IMG/VR virus record: IMGVR_UViG_3300022538_000807 | Coordinates: 1 to 60,018 of that record | DNA from: a virus | Taxonomy: Duplodnaviria > Caudoviricetes | Strand: one strand, 5' to 3' | Length of the DNA stretch: 60,018 nt | Part shown: in pieces, positions 48,141 to 57,610 of the stretch | Numbering within the stretch: position 1 is the stretch's first letter | How the letters are laid out: every line of letters begins with the position of its first letter | Program-made: the position numbers and the translations under genes | Notes under the pieces: model-generated | What the model saw: the letters and a program-made list of their open reading frames with translations, nothing else | Told to the model about the DNA's origin: nothing | Databases searched by the model: none

Positions 48141-48655
48141 GCTTTACTTCTAACTCATCAAATATTTCTGCTCCTCTTTCTTTTAGGACTTTCCCGAATC
48201 GCTTGAGCGTCTTTTCTATTTCAACCTGCTTCCCCAAAAACCATTTCTTTGATTTTCTCTTCATTTTCCTTCCGGCTTGTTTCCATCTGGTTTTTGTCAT
48301 ATGATATTTTTATTTATTGCTAACACCAATCAAGATGATTTTTGACAATTATCCACCCTGTTCCATTGCATTTATGACATTTTGCTTCTCTAGTGCAATT
48401 GTCTTTTTTATCAGATTGTTGACGCTTACCGGTCCCCTTGCATATCGAACATAAAATGCCCCTCATCTTTTCTTCTTTAAAAGCCCTTCTTTTCTAAAGT
48501 CGTTTTCAAATTTCTTATAAAGTGCATGATGCTCATTATCATCAATATAAATATCGTTTTTCCGTGGTTTCGTTTCGGCAGCACAAAGAGCAACGAGTAT
48601 TCCTTTAACCTTTCTTATTCTTATTGCCATTTATTTACCTCAATATAAAGAAAAT

Positions 48656-48704
48656 GGGGGGTTAGCAATTATTGACCATACGAGTTCGACTCTCGCACTC
48701 CCCC
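48656..48704 (+). ncRNA. Miniature tRNA-like element (acceptor stem and T arm, no anticodon arm)
   Basis: GGGGGGT-TAGC-AATTATTGACCAT-ACGAG-TTCGACT-CTCGC-ACTCCCC-C. Confidence 0.5.
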
Positions 48705-48719
48705 ATTTTCCTATTTATT

Positions 48720-49187
48720 CTATAACCGTGTAAAGCTACGATTTCCCCAAAGCTCGCCATTAATAGTAACAATATTTTCACGATCTTCAAGAAATTCATT
48801 AGTAGCCGAAACTACAAGGCTTGCTTCACCAACAAACGCTTGCGAGCTTACACCACGAACTGGTATTGTAAGAAGTATATCCACTAAATTAACACTGTGT
48901 TTTGCATAGAAATCCAAGAGTGCGTTTTGCCCAATGTCACCACAAATCCATAGTTCATCGAAACACATTTTCCAGTCTTCGCATTTTGTTAAAAATTTTG
49001 GCCATCGCTTAATGTCTTCTTTTATAAGGAAAATTGCTTCTTGCATAGAACTAATGAAAAAGCTTCTGCTTTCTCCTAAAGGATTCTCACCAAGAAATAA
49101 TGTCACAGAGGGTCTTGGAGGTCCCTTGCAAATGGAAACAAATTTAGTCAAAAATTGCCACATTGCTTTTTCGTTTATTTTATTCAC
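48720..49187 (-). CDS. Diverged paralog of the major tail tube protein
   Basis: LGESRSF, FDxLWICxDxG, LLDxYxxH and VTIxGxLxG are collinear with 16902-17321. Confidence 0.8.
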   Translation of the reverse strand: MNKINEKAMWQFLTKFVSICKGPPRPSVTLFLGENPLGESRSFFISSMQEAIFLIKEDIKRWPKFLTKCEDWKMCFDELWICGDIGQNALLDFYAKHSVNLVDILLTIPVRGVSSQAFVGEASLVVSATNEFLEDRENIVTINGELWGNRSFTRL

Positions 49188-49378
49188 TTCGCCTCCGGCT
49201 TGCCTTTATCAAACTTTCGACTATCATCCTTAGTTTGCATATCCCATCTATGGCCACAAATATTACATGTTACATCCAGCCATCCAATAAAATCAGAAGG
49301 ATCAAAAAGACGATAATTTAATTTTATATTATGAGAACCGCATTTACTACACTCTGGATTTATTTCAAAAGGTTTCAT
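49184..49378 (-). CDS. Small zinc-ribbon protein
   Basis: CSKCGS...CNICGHRW. Confidence 0.6.
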   Translation of the reverse strand: MKPFEINPECSKCGSHNIKLNYRLFDPSDFIGWLDVTCNICGHRWDMQTKDDSRKFDKGKPEAK

Positions 49379-49695
49379 TTCACCTCCGGCTTTCCCCCAT
49401 CGTGATTTATAATAACCGTAAGGGGCTTAAATTCCCCCTCCTCATCCTGACCACCTGTTACAGAGGAGGGAAGCATCTTGGTTATCCAACCGTAGAACAA
49501 TGCTTTGTTATGTGGATTTTTGTTTGCCCACTCTTCTAAACCACCTGTTCCACCCAAGCGTTCAAATACTTCAAGGAAGGCATTTTTGAGGTTGGTGAAT
49601 CGAGATTTAGCACCTTTAGGCTTACCTGGATTCCCACGCAGAAATTTCCCTTCTTTATCCCGAATTTCTCCGTTTCTTTCGGTTTCGTTATTCAT
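49375..49695 (-). CDS. terS: Terminase small subunit
   Basis: RDKEGKFLRGNPGKPKGAK...AFLEVFERLGG...ITKMLP; upstream of terL. Confidence 0.75.
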   Translation of the reverse strand: MNNETERNGEIRDKEGKFLRGNPGKPKGAKSRFTNLKNAFLEVFERLGGTGGLEEWANKNPHNKALFYGWITKMLPSSVTGGQDEEGEFKPLTVIINHDGGKPEVK

Positions 49696-50064
49696 CTCGC
49701 CACCACCACCTTTACCTCTTCCTCTATTTCTTGCATTTTACTTAGCTGTGACACAGCCTCCTTGTTGCTTTCATCCAATGGTCTAAAGGTAAGAATAAGC
49801 TTTGCCTCTAGTTCACCACATGCCAAACGATAGCTTGTTATGTTCTTAATCATCGCTTGGAAACAGATTGGCTCTATCAGTTCTTCACCCAAAATTTCCA
49901 CCATTTACGTTTGTAATAAGAACAGTCAAAGCCTAGGTTGTAATTTAATCTTGGATTTTCCCACTTTGGAGTATTATCATTAATACAAAATTCATCTATT
50001 CCCATAAATTTGCTTGGATAAAGGTCAATATAAAATTTGCAATCTTCACAATAAATCATTTTCA

Positions 50065-50301
50065 TCAGCACCGCCCACTCTTGCCTGTATAAATTCCGAA
50101 CCCTCCTGAAAAATTCTCTTCACTAGGCTCTGGTGGTTTAGGTAGCGTCTTTGCCTTCTGCTTCTTTCCAAGCACTACCCCAATTTGCTTCCATGCGGTT
50201 GGAAATGAGGCAAGGTATATTACTATCGCAACTATAAATGAAAGAATTGCACCCAGCATAAGGTAGAGAATAAAAAGAATGGGTTGGAATATGTATCTCA
50301 T
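50065..50301 (-). CDS. Small membrane protein
   Basis: Long N-terminal hydrophobic segment; in the lysis region. Confidence 0.5.
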   Translation of the reverse strand: MRYIFQPILFILYLMLGAILSFIVAIVIYLASFPTAWKQIGVVLGKKQKAKTLPKPPEPSEENFSGGFGIYTGKSGRC

Positions 50302-50520
50302 ATTTTACTCATTTCCCGATTTTTATCGAAAGTGATTAAATCCCGGTATTTCTTTAAAGCGATTCTAGGCATTGAGCTATTGTCCTTATAAATTTTCACG
50401 TGCTTCTCAATGCGCTTAACATGGCTTTTCTCATGCTTTTTCAATGCCCGGTATTTAGCGCCCTTATCTTTATCTCTTCCATGTTTCCTTGCACCACCGG
50501 ATTTCTTTTTGGCTGGCATA

Positions 50521-50724
50521 TTATGTTAGTCCGTTTAACTTGCCCTCTATTCTTTCAAGTCTTCGTTCTGTATCCTCCATTTGTTCTTCTAGCCTTGCTA
50601 TGCGCTCCCCATATCCAGGATTGTTACTTTTACCAAAAAGCTTCTTTGCTCTCTCAAAAGCGACAAATGCCACTGCGATTCCGATTATTATCCATTGAAA
50701 TATTTGTTGCTGATCCATCGTCAA
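50521..50724 (-). CDS. Holin-like single-TM protein with coiled coil
   Basis: TM WIIIGIAVAFVAF, then RIARLEEQMEDTERRLERIEGKL. Confidence 0.45.
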   Translation of the reverse strand: MTMDQQQIFQWIIIGIAVAFVAFERAKKLFGKSNNPGYGERIARLEEQMEDTERRLERIEGKLNGLT

Positions 50725-50984
50725 CTCCCCTTTTGCTTCCGTAGTTTTTTTATCTCTTCCTTAAGTTCGAGTGTCCACATTAAAAATGCTTCGTTTACGA
50801 TAAAATTACCGTCTTCTGTTACAGCAAGAGGATTGAGCCGAACTTCTGGACCTGGATTTAGCACATCGTAACTTGGATAAAGCGATGGAGAGTAGCCTAC
50901 GCAATTAATCAAAAAGCAGCTTACGAATGTCGTCAAGACTACGACTCTGGCAAGCCTTGCGTAATTTCTTCCTCTTTTTCGCAT
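50721..50984 (-). CDS. Putative lipoprotein (o-spanin-like)
   Basis: Basic N-terminus, hydrophobic core ending LINC, Pro-rich body; overlaps the 3' end of the upstream ORF in another frame. Confidence 0.45.
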   Translation of the reverse strand: MRKRGRNYARLARVVVLTTFVSCFLINCVGYSPSLYPSYDVLNPGPEVRLNPLAVTEDGNFIVNEAFLMWTLELKEEIKKLRKQKGS

Positions 50985-51079
50985 CTTTCTCTTTCCTTAT
51001 CTGGATTTCAATCATACTCTCAAGTTGTAGTATCTTTTCTAATATTTTAAAAACGGTTTCTATGGTTTCTTTGCTCATT

Positions 51080-51862
51080 TTATTTTTCCGGATGAATAAT
51101 CTCGTAAATCTGCTTGCGATTATCACATCTTCCGTTTGTGCTACCCACAAAGGTAACCTTGATAAACTCTGTTGAGGCAGCCGGTTTTGCCCTTTCTTCT
51201 GCATAGCTATTATCCCATTCAAGAGCAGACCCTGTAATATAATCATAGCCAACATGTTTAAGAACCTGCTTACGCCCAACATCATACCAAGTAACTGGTA
51301 TCCTTGAAGTGATGTGGAAATGCCCGCTGAAAATAGCATCTGCAGTCGGAGTTATTCTGCGTAGTGCTTCAGCTCTATTCACCTTGCCGCCATATGTATA
51401 GCCCCCACCGTAGTTATGATGAAAATAGCAATTGAACGAATTTGGATTTTTAGAACTTGCTACCTGAAACACAGCATAACATGAAAAGCCTACGTATGAC
51501 ATCCCTAGTCGATAAGCTATGTGTTCTTCCGGTATAAGCCCCACCAATCGCATTGTGCGCTGTTCATGGTTACCAGCAATAAGAAACAATCCCTTTTCTT
51601 TTATGGGTTCTAGCAAATCACAGATATATTCTATCTGTTCTTTCGGGGGTACTGTTTGAGTATAGATATCTGATTTAGAACCAATTATGGCATTCTCAAG
51701 CATGTCTCCCATGCCCACCCAGTAGGCGTTGGGATTATCTTTAATTTCTGCTATCGTTTGTTTCATAAAATCTTCATTACACTGAGCAGAACCAAAGTGA
51801 AAATCCCCAATCGGATAAAGAGTAAATAGCTTCTTAGGAAATTTCTTATAATAAAATTTCAT
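51080..51862 (-). CDS. Calcineurin-like metallophosphoesterase
   Basis: GDFHFG, GMGD, AGNHE, HH and SGHFH motifs. Confidence 0.85.
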   Translation of the reverse strand: MKFYYKKFPKKLFTLYPIGDFHFGSAQCNEDFMKQTIAEIKDNPNAYWVGMGDMLENAIIGSKSDIYTQTVPPKEQIEYICDLLEPIKEKGLFLIAGNHEQRTMRLVGLIPEEHIAYRLGMSYVGFSCYAVFQVASSKNPNSFNCYFHHNYGGGYTYGGKVNRAEALRRITPTADAIFSGHFHITSRIPVTWYDVGRKQVLKHVGYDYITGSALEWDNSYAEERAKPAASTEFIKVTFVGSTNGRCDNRKQIYEIIHPEK

Positions 51863-52165
51863 AAAATTCTTTTATTTTTTTCCTTCTTCCAATTCCCTCG
51901 CCTTTCTACATCCTTCCACCCAATTATCTGCCGTAAATAATAGTATCTTCTTGTGGGGGATTCCTTGCATTTCACACATAAATTCTGTTGTTTTAATACA
52001 ATTATTAAAATTCTCTAAAAAAAAGGCGTATTCTACATCTCGTATTATTTGCAGATGAATTTCTTTCTCTTCTTCGTCTGTCATTTCTTTCCTTTCATGC
52101 CGTGACCGCCACCTGTCACATCAATCTTTCAGGCATAATAATTCCCCACCCTGCTCACGTGTTTT

Positions 52166-52525
52166 TTAATATTGAAAATGGAAGTGATCCTTAAATTTAG
52201 TTTTACCCTGTTCATACCACCGAAGTCCCCACGTGCCACCCATCGACTCCCAGAATTGACCCAAAACCAGATACTCCGGACAGTCCCAAATAGGGTTACC
52301 CTTATCATCGATAATTACAATATCCCTTGCCCTATCAAGTTGATGCTTTGATATTTTCTTATAACCATCGCAGTTGCTTTTCCCATCCTTGAAGAACTTA
52401 TTCTGTTCTGGTGCTGTTCTTGTATATGCAGTGCAGATAAATTTAATATCTTTGATAGAGGCATAAACAGAAAGCATTCCAAACTTATAATTAAATTGGC
52501 AGCGGAGGAGTGTGTTGTTAGGCAT
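52166..52525 (-). CDS. Endolysin, M15-family (L-Ala-D-Glu type) peptidase
   Basis: RTAPEQ...SKHQLDRARD...GGTWG...DHFHFQ zinc-ligand pattern. Confidence 0.85.
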   Translation of the reverse strand: MPNNTLLRCQFNYKFGMLSVYASIKDIKFICTAYTRTAPEQNKFFKDGKSNCDGYKKISKHQLDRARDIVIIDDKGNPIWDCPEYLVLGQFWESMGGTWGLRWYEQGKTKFKDHFHFQY

Positions 52526-52732
52526 TTATATCTTATGAAATCCTTTTTTGTCTATATCATCCTTCTTGATTGATGGCAACCAAGAGGGATCTGGTATCCC
52601 CAATTTTACCGCATAGCAGTAAGGACAGTATCTTCTTGTTGAATCTTTAACCTCCACATTTGATATATACGCATCACCACAATAGTCACAGGCATATTCA
52701 AATTGCTCTTTTTCTTCCTCTTCTCTTTCCAT
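52526..52732 (-). CDS. Small zinc-finger protein, first late-arm gene
   Basis: CDYCG...YCPYC. Confidence 0.55.
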   Translation of the reverse strand: MEREEEEKEQFEYACDYCGDAYISNVEVKDSTRRYCPYCYAVKLGIPDPSWLPSIKKDDIDKKGFHKI

Positions 52733-52769
52733 CTATTCATTCAATCTTATAGAACCCCTATATATCCTT

Positions 52770-52798
52770 ATTATACGTACCAAGCATACTTGTGTCAA
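52770..52798 (-). promoter_or_regulatory. Perfect-consensus sigma70 promoter heading the lysis/morphogenesis arm
   Basis: Minus strand TTGACA (52798-52793), 17 bp spacer, TATAAT (52775-52770). Confidence 0.85.
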
Positions 52799-52867
52799 GG
52801 AAAAAAATTTTACCTCAAGAGGATTTTTCTCTTTAAATAAGAAAAAGGGAGAGTGTCGGTTAAAAGT

Positions 52868-53644
52868 TTATTTCCCGTTAGTTCTTAAATCCCAATAGAA
52901 ATTTGCTTTTTCTTGTCTTCTGTAGTTGTAGATTCCCTCAATTAATCTCAGATAAGAATTAACTGAAATCGCATCAAATAACTTGTCTCTTTGATATCTA
53001 AGTTTCGAAATAAAATCAGCATGGCTATAATCTTTATGATCAAAAAGCCTTATCATCGCAGCAACAAAATGTTTTCTTCCGTAACCAGGGTATAAATCTT
53101 TAATCATCAAAACTTTCTCTGCTCTGTCTTCCGCTCTTAATGGATTTTTAAAAGCAAATTCCCCCCTCTTGAATACATCTTGGCTTGTTCCTCCTTCAGA
53201 ACCCAGTATGATGAGTAGGGTCGTCGTCTGCGGAAATCCATATTTCTCATAGAACTCTTTGTATTTAATATAATCTGGATAATCTAACTCTACATAACAA
53301 TTCATAAAATTAGTCATAGTCCAATTTTTTCTACTTGAATTAATAGCGTGAATTTCTTTAAGACCATATCCTTTTTTAATGATATAATCAACAGGCAATC
53401 CTAATTCTTCAAAAATTTCGACTCGAGTTTGACCATCAATAAGCTCACCCTTCTCATTAACTAAACAAGGCGGACCTAGGTCACCATACTTTGAAATAGA
53501 CTCTTTCAAATGCCTTTTATGGGCTGGTTTGACGGGCCTATTTCCCTTCAGTTTTTTGAACTTAGCATAGTTTAAGGTTTCAAAAACCTTTATTATGCTT
53601 TCTAAATCGTTCATGATTCTAACCTCCTGATTGGTTTTTGACAC
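52868..53644 (-). CDS. ParB/Srx N-terminal-like domain protein
   Basis: GNRPV...LKESI...PCLVNEKGELIDGQTR...LGLPVDYII. Confidence 0.75.
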   Translation of the reverse strand: MSKTNQEVRIMNDLESIIKVFETLNYAKFKKLKGNRPVKPAHKRHLKESISKYGDLGPPCLVNEKGELIDGQTRVEIFEELGLPVDYIIKKGYGLKEIHAINSSRKNWTMTNFMNCYVELDYPDYIKYKEFYEKYGFPQTTTLLIILGSEGGTSQDVFKRGEFAFKNPLRAEDRAEKVLMIKDLYPGYGRKHFVAAMIRLFDHKDYSHADFISKLRYQRDKLFDAISVNSYLRLIEGIYNYRRQEKANFYWDLRTNGK

Positions 53645-53718
53645 TCTCCCTTAAATTATCTTTTTATGCCTCTTGTTTTATTAACAAAATCATTGGGATA
53701 TTTCATCACCAAATCTTT

Positions 53719-54114
53719 CTAGCTTATATAAACACCATTCATAAAATCCCTTCTCTTCTCTTTTATTCTTTTCCTGAATCTCTCTGGATCGATTTCAATG
53801 TATCTGCATATAAATTTGAATCCGAAAACATATTCTTCAGAAGATTTGGAATTGTCAAATATATAAGACTCTGCCACGTTCCCCCTTGCCATTGCTTTAA
53901 GGTCCCGCTCTTCTTTTCTTGTCTTGTTCTTCTTAATACCATCTGCCTTCAATCTTTTGCTGAAATTAAATCCACCCACTCTTATGGCTTGAATATAATC
54001 TGTTATCGCCTGAGCAAGTACCGAAATCATAAGCGCCTTATATCCTTTTTCCGATGACACAATATTGCCTTCTTGTAATTGTTTTCTCATCCCCCTCCTC
54101 CTCTTAAATAGCAT
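53719..54114 (-). CDS. Phage hypothetical protein (possible regulator)
   Basis: ALMISVLAQAITDY...FKFICRYIEIDPERFRK; lies at the early/late boundary. Confidence 0.45.
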   Translation of the reverse strand: MLFKRRRGMRKQLQEGNIVSSEKGYKALMISVLAQAITDYIQAIRVGGFNFSKRLKADGIKKNKTRKEERDLKAMARGNVAESYIFDNSKSSEEYVFGFKFICRYIEIDPERFRKRIKEKRRDFMNGVYIS

Positions 54115-54313
54115 TTAAAAAGTGTTAGTCCCGGAGCATCGTATATCCTATCTTTACAATCTTGTCCCAATGGACAACTCTGACAAAACGGATGGAGTCC
54201 GTACCTTGAAAAATTGTATTCAATAAACTTCCTTAGCGGTGCTTGATATAATTCCGAGATATTTGGCATAATTACCTCCTGTGCCCCACCCCTGTCCCTT
54301 AATTCCGATATTG

Positions 54314-54658
54314 TTAGTAGGGTTCTACTTGTTTAAATTTTGCTCCAAATAGCATTACAACAAGAGCGGTGAGAACCGTAACAATGGTTTCAACTGGAAT
54401 GCCCAACTGCCAATTTGCCTCGATTGCTGCTAAGATTGCTGATATAATAGTAATCCACCACTTCGGATCTTTCCACTTTCCCGGTTGTGCCTTGAGAGCA
54501 CTTAAATCCAATTTAGCCTCAAAGAAAATGTACGTTAGGATTGCACCTAAACCAACTGCAACAGCAACAGGATCAAAGCTTAATCCAAACTGTTTCTGGA
54601 AAGCCAAGAGAACCGCACCAACGATTGCGACTATAAAGCCGATTGTTTTACGTGACAT
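54314..54658 (-). CDS. Multi-TM holin-like membrane protein
   Basis: About four hydrophobic segments in two similar halves (SRKTIGFIVAIVG / WKDPKWWITIIS). Confidence 0.55.
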   Translation of the reverse strand: MSRKTIGFIVAIVGAVLLAFQKQFGLSFDPVAVAVGLGAILTYIFFEAKLDLSALKAQPGKWKDPKWWITIISAILAAIEANWQLGIPVETIVTVLTALVVMLFGAKFKQVEPY

Positions 54659-54677
54659 TTGTCACCTCCTTTTTTAC

Positions 54678-54935
54678 TTAATATTCTGGTGCATTTGGCA
54701 TTACACCACCAAGGCTTTTTTTCGTGGTTTTTTTCGCACTGCTTTTAATAACTTTTAGTTGGTTAAAATCTACATATTCATGTTTTAGCTTTTTTCCCTC
54801 TTTGTCCACTTTCGGTTCTACGCAGTATTGAATGCAACCATTCATATATTTCACCCTTGCTGTTACAGTTCCCTCAAAGCCAGTCACCACGTCTTTGACT
54901 TTGCTTCCTAGTGGAATCTGAACTTTTTCTTCCAC
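54678..54935 (-). CDS. Small SH3-like phage protein
   Basis: LGSKVKDVVTGFEGTVTARVKYMNGCIQYCVEP. Confidence 0.6.
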   Translation of the reverse strand: MEEKVQIPLGSKVKDVVTGFEGTVTARVKYMNGCIQYCVEPKVDKEGKKLKHEYVDFNQLKVIKSSAKKTTKKSLGGVMPNAPEY

Positions 54936-55038
54936 TTCTCATCACCTCCTCTTTTTAGATTTTATGCCCTCATGAGCATATATTAAGTATAAAATACACC
55001 ATAGCCAACCAAATACTAGGCATAGGATGATTAGTAGT

Positions 55039-55371
55039 TTAGTCATAGAATTCCTTAATCCAGTATTTACGATCTTTCCAAACCCAAATCCATTTTTGGC
55101 AACATTTAGGAAGTTTAAAGGCTTTTATCTTGTCTCTTGTTTCAACGTCACATCTATTTGATTTGCACTGGATAAAAAGTAAATGGCTACCATCGGCAGC
55201 AACTCCTAAAACATCAAACAATCTAAAAAGATCAATGTTTTGATATTGCACCCTAATGGTTTTCCATGTTATATAGCCCATTTTTTTCAATTCATCTTCA
55301 CATGCCTTTTCTATTCGTTGTCCTTTCCTGGTCTTTTGTATTGCCACTTTATTCATTATTCCTCTCTGCAT
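55039..55371 (-). CDS. PD-(D/E)xK Holliday-junction resolvase (Hjc-like)
   Basis: KGQRIE...LKKMGY...FDVLGV...FIQCKS. Confidence 0.8.
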   Translation of the reverse strand: MQRGIMNKVAIQKTRKGQRIEKACEDELKKMGYITWKTIRVQYQNIDLFRLFDVLGVAADGSHLLFIQCKSNRCDVETRDKIKAFKLPKCCQKWIWVWKDRKYWIKEFYD

Positions 55372-55918
55372 CCGCCCTTAACCTTCTCATGTCCGATTCA
55401 AGATGGAGCTTGAGAAATTCAGCCCTTTCTATTAGCACGCCAAGATGTGCGACTATCTCTGAAAGTAGGAAATAAGCATCTTTTTTTGGCTCTTCCATTA
55501 TTTCTCCCTCCCTTGCTTTGGTCTCCCCACTTCAAAATCCTTACAAGGTGGAGGTGCATTGAGTAAATCGTATTTTTCGTTAAGTTCCATAGGAGATTTG
55601 TCTAAGTCACAAATTCCCCACGTTGTAGGATTCTCTATCCTGCTATATCTTGTGAAGTACTTACATCGAGGACATCGATATACGTTGTAGATTCTCATTT
55701 CTTCTCCTCTCTTATCCCTCAAAAAGCAAGATAATTCCTCCGACTATTATTATCGGCAATCCAAAAATCAGCAAGGCAACAAAAATCAAAGTCGCTATTA
55801 CCCAATAGGTTTTGCCGCTGCTCCAGTTGGTATAATAACCTTCTTTCGCAGTATTAATAGTACAAAACACAGCGATGATTAGATTGATGCTAAAATAGAC
55901 GATTATCCACCAGAACAT

Positions 55919-56248
55919 CTAACCCTCCTTTATCTTTACAACCACTTCATAATATTCTTTCTTAACCGTCTCTCCTGGCTGTAAGAAATATTTACTACCT
56001 CGTTCCCGAATGATTGACAGAACTTCCTTTTCATGCCTACTGCTTCGCATGCTAAAATAGTCAATAACCTCCCAAAGCAACTCCTCGTCGTCATCAATAT
56101 CATCATCATTTCTTATGGGAATTAAACTCCCTTCGTTTGTCTCCAAAACATACCCATCTCGTATGCTGTGGATAATAAGATACCACGAATCCTTATCAAG
56201 CCGAAGAGTAGTTATGGTTGTTTTTTCTTTTTTTGTGAGCTTTTTCAT
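55919..56248 (-). CDS. Hypothetical protein
   Basis: 109 aa with GAGG SD, in the replication module. Confidence 0.55.
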   Translation of the reverse strand: MKKLTKKEKTTITTLRLDKDSWYLIIHSIRDGYVLETNEGSLIPIRNDDDIDDDEELLWEVIDYFSMRSSRHEKEVLSIIRERGSKYFLQPGETVKKEYYEVVVKIKEG

Positions 56249-56350
56249 TCCTCACTCCTCTTTCCTGCTATTAAAATTGCAATAATAAAAATACCAAACA
56301 TTGTACCAATAAATAAACCGACTATTAAACCAATAACAAATGGACTCATG

Positions 56351-57283
56351 TTATTCCTCCCTCGCAGAATACTCTTGCGAGAACGCTGCAATCTTCTCTT
56401 TCCTTATATTTTCAAGCTCTTCTAGCTTGTCTATATCCTTTGCTTTTTTTGCCTTTTTCACCTCATCGGCAAGTTCCTTGTCTATTTCGAGAAGCTTTCT
56501 TACCCTAGCTTCGTTATATTCAATTTCTCGCTTTGTTATTTCGTGGATATTTTCACCCACTTGAGGGCGGCGTTTTGGTAATATTTCGTTCCGATAGTTC
56601 TCAAAGTTTGACTTGCGGAATAGGGTGGATGGGCGCAAGTTTCTGTTATATTCCGAACTATCCAACCATTGCGATGCTTTCACGTCTATCACAAATTTCA
56701 GTTCTTTCAAGGTTGTTGGATTCTTATCGCTTAATCGACCATTAATGAGCTTAATTACAGTATCATTATCCATGTCGAAGTTTTTTCCAGTTTTTTCATT
56801 CAGATATTTTATAACTTCGTGGCGGATTTCTCTATATATATCTTTAATTCCATTCTTATTTCTTACTTCTTTCTTCTTATTTCTATGGGACGTATTTTTT
56901 TCGGAGTTACTTCCTTTTAAATCTGTAGTTACTTCGGACTTACTTCGTAGAATCCTTACTGTATAATTATCAGTTAACTCCTTTAATTTAGGACATTTAA
57001 GCCATATTTCTTTATCATTCAAATTATAGAAAATTCGTTCCTTTTTTGATGTAAAATCTAAAAATTTTATCATCATTTTTCTGTCAATTTTTCTTGAAAA
57101 TCTTCCTAAAAACCATTGAAAATTGAATGTATTTTCACCTGGATTTTCTACAGAAAATTCTTTCGACATGATTTCTAATATACGAAAAAACATATAATAT
57201 CCCTTAAATCCAAACTCATTTTCAATCGCTCCAATATCCGGATCGTCTCCCGATTCAATTAAATGCTTAAACCATCTCATCAT
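56351..57283 (-). CDS. Phage replication initiator / replisome organiser
   Basis: N-terminal WFKH...FGFKGYYMFFRILE; C-terminal VIKYLNEKTGKNF...LRPSTLFRKSNFENY; internal short repeats. Confidence 0.8.
   Translation of the reverse strand: MMRWFKHLIESGDDPDIGAIENEFGFKGYYMFFRILEIMSKEFSVENPGENTFNFQWFLGRFSRKIDRKMMIKFLDFTSKKERIFYNLNDKEIWLKCPKLKELTDNYTVRILRSKSEVTTDLKGSNSEKNTSHRNKKKEVRNKNGIKDIYREIRHEVIKYLNEKTGKNFDMDNDTVIKLINGRLSDKNPTTLKELKFVIDVKASQWLDSSEYNRNLRPSTLFRKSNFENYRNEILPKRRPQVGENIHEITKREIEYNEARVRKLLEIDKELADEVKKAKKAKDIDKLEELENIRKEKIAAFSQEYSAREE
56861..56946. repeat. Iteron-like repeats inside the initiator gene (candidate origin)
   Basis: TTCGGA(G/C)TTACTTC at 56900-56913 and 56933-56946; the TTACTTC core also occurs near 56863 and 56929. 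Confidence 0.5.
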
Positions 57284-57610
57284 AATTTCATTTTACCAAA
57301 TTCCCGCTTCCTCGTCAAGTACAAATCACCTTATTGACATATCTATCAACTTCTTGCTTTGTGTGCATCTTATTCTACCCTCATAAAATCCTTTGTTCCA
57401 ATTACGGTTTCGAGGGACCTCCAAATTCTTTTTTCTTTATCTCTTGCTTCGGTAATTTTAATAAAGGAATCTATTAATTTATCGGACAGTTTTAACCAAA
57501 GATCACCCATTAATATTTCGCTCATCTTTCCTCCCCCAAACTCTTGACTCAATACTTCAAAAGCTTAGGGGAAGAGGAAGGAGGTTGCCCCTTCCCATGC
57601 GCAAGTAAAA

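Noticed and set aside
50905-51339. 144-aa ORF as annotated
   Set aside because: Its 5' part overlaps the phosphoesterase out of frame; only the part from MSKETIE (~51078) is plausible.
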